The translations under genes were made by a program, and so were the position numbers. Under the pieces are notes generated by a model that was not told the DNA's origin, did not search any database, and saw only the letters and a program-made list of their open reading frames with translations. Shown here in pieces: positions 63,917 to 64,000 of a DNA stretch of 64,000 nucleotides. The stretch is from positions 128,001-192,000 of the forward strand of contig CAVWBU010000041.1 of the NCBI GenBank assembly GCA_963753345.1. The letters run 5' to 3'. Every line of letters begins with the position of its first letter. The stretch's first letter is position 1. Origin of the DNA: an uncultured Fibrobacterota bacterium. Its GTDB lineage: Bacteria > Fibrobacterota > Chitinivibrionia > Chitinivibrionales > FEN-1185.

Positions 63917-64000
63917 GGGGAGAAACTTTTCTCACGCATCAATTGATGGATGATTGAGTAGTCAGATTCATCGCTGAACAATCTTTTCATTTCCTTACGA

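Noticed and set aside
1-64000. Integron-type attC cassettes or a prophage as the explanation for the repeats
   Set aside because: No integrase or phage genes, no GTTRRRY/RYYYAAC cassette organisation, and flanking genes are chromosomal with mixed orientation.
63950-64000. Partial CDS at the right edge
   Set aside because: Too short to assign a frame or product.

Overview
GC-rich bacterial chromosome segment, most likely Fibrobacterota (Chitinivibrionales-like). The evidence is a TIGR02147-family gene heading a lipoprotein operon and many secreted proteins with T9SS-CTD-like domains. Housekeeping genes are gmhA, ilvD, miaA, pdxJ, carboxynorspermidine synthase/nspC, lsrF-rpe-aldolase/SDR and hddA/hddC with glycosyltransferases. 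They are interleaved with a large secreted beta-glucan-degrading repertoire: a thaumatin gene plus four tandem GH64-like paralogs, two GH3s, a GH16, a CBM-like lipoprotein, and Fn3, Kelch, LRR and VWA surface proteins. Two things stand out. (1) Six secreted enzymes share an N-terminal module in which a CTD-like domain ending in a (K/E)K(L/F)A(A/S) motif is nested inside a split carboxypeptidase-regulatory-like domain, while five other proteins carry the CTD-like domain at the normal C-terminus. (2) Two families of ~130-165 bp structured repeats (A, 6 copies with compensatory changes; B, 4 copies) occur four times as co-oriented A...B brackets around variable cargo: a MITE with a target-site duplication, REP-like hairpins, short tandem repeats, or an entire 1.7 kb gene. 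Many genes carry single-base indels, often in homopolymers and including ilvD, so most frameshifts are probably sequencing errors. No tRNA, rRNA, CRISPR array, transposase or integrase was recognised. All calls come from reading the sequence; no database searches were run.
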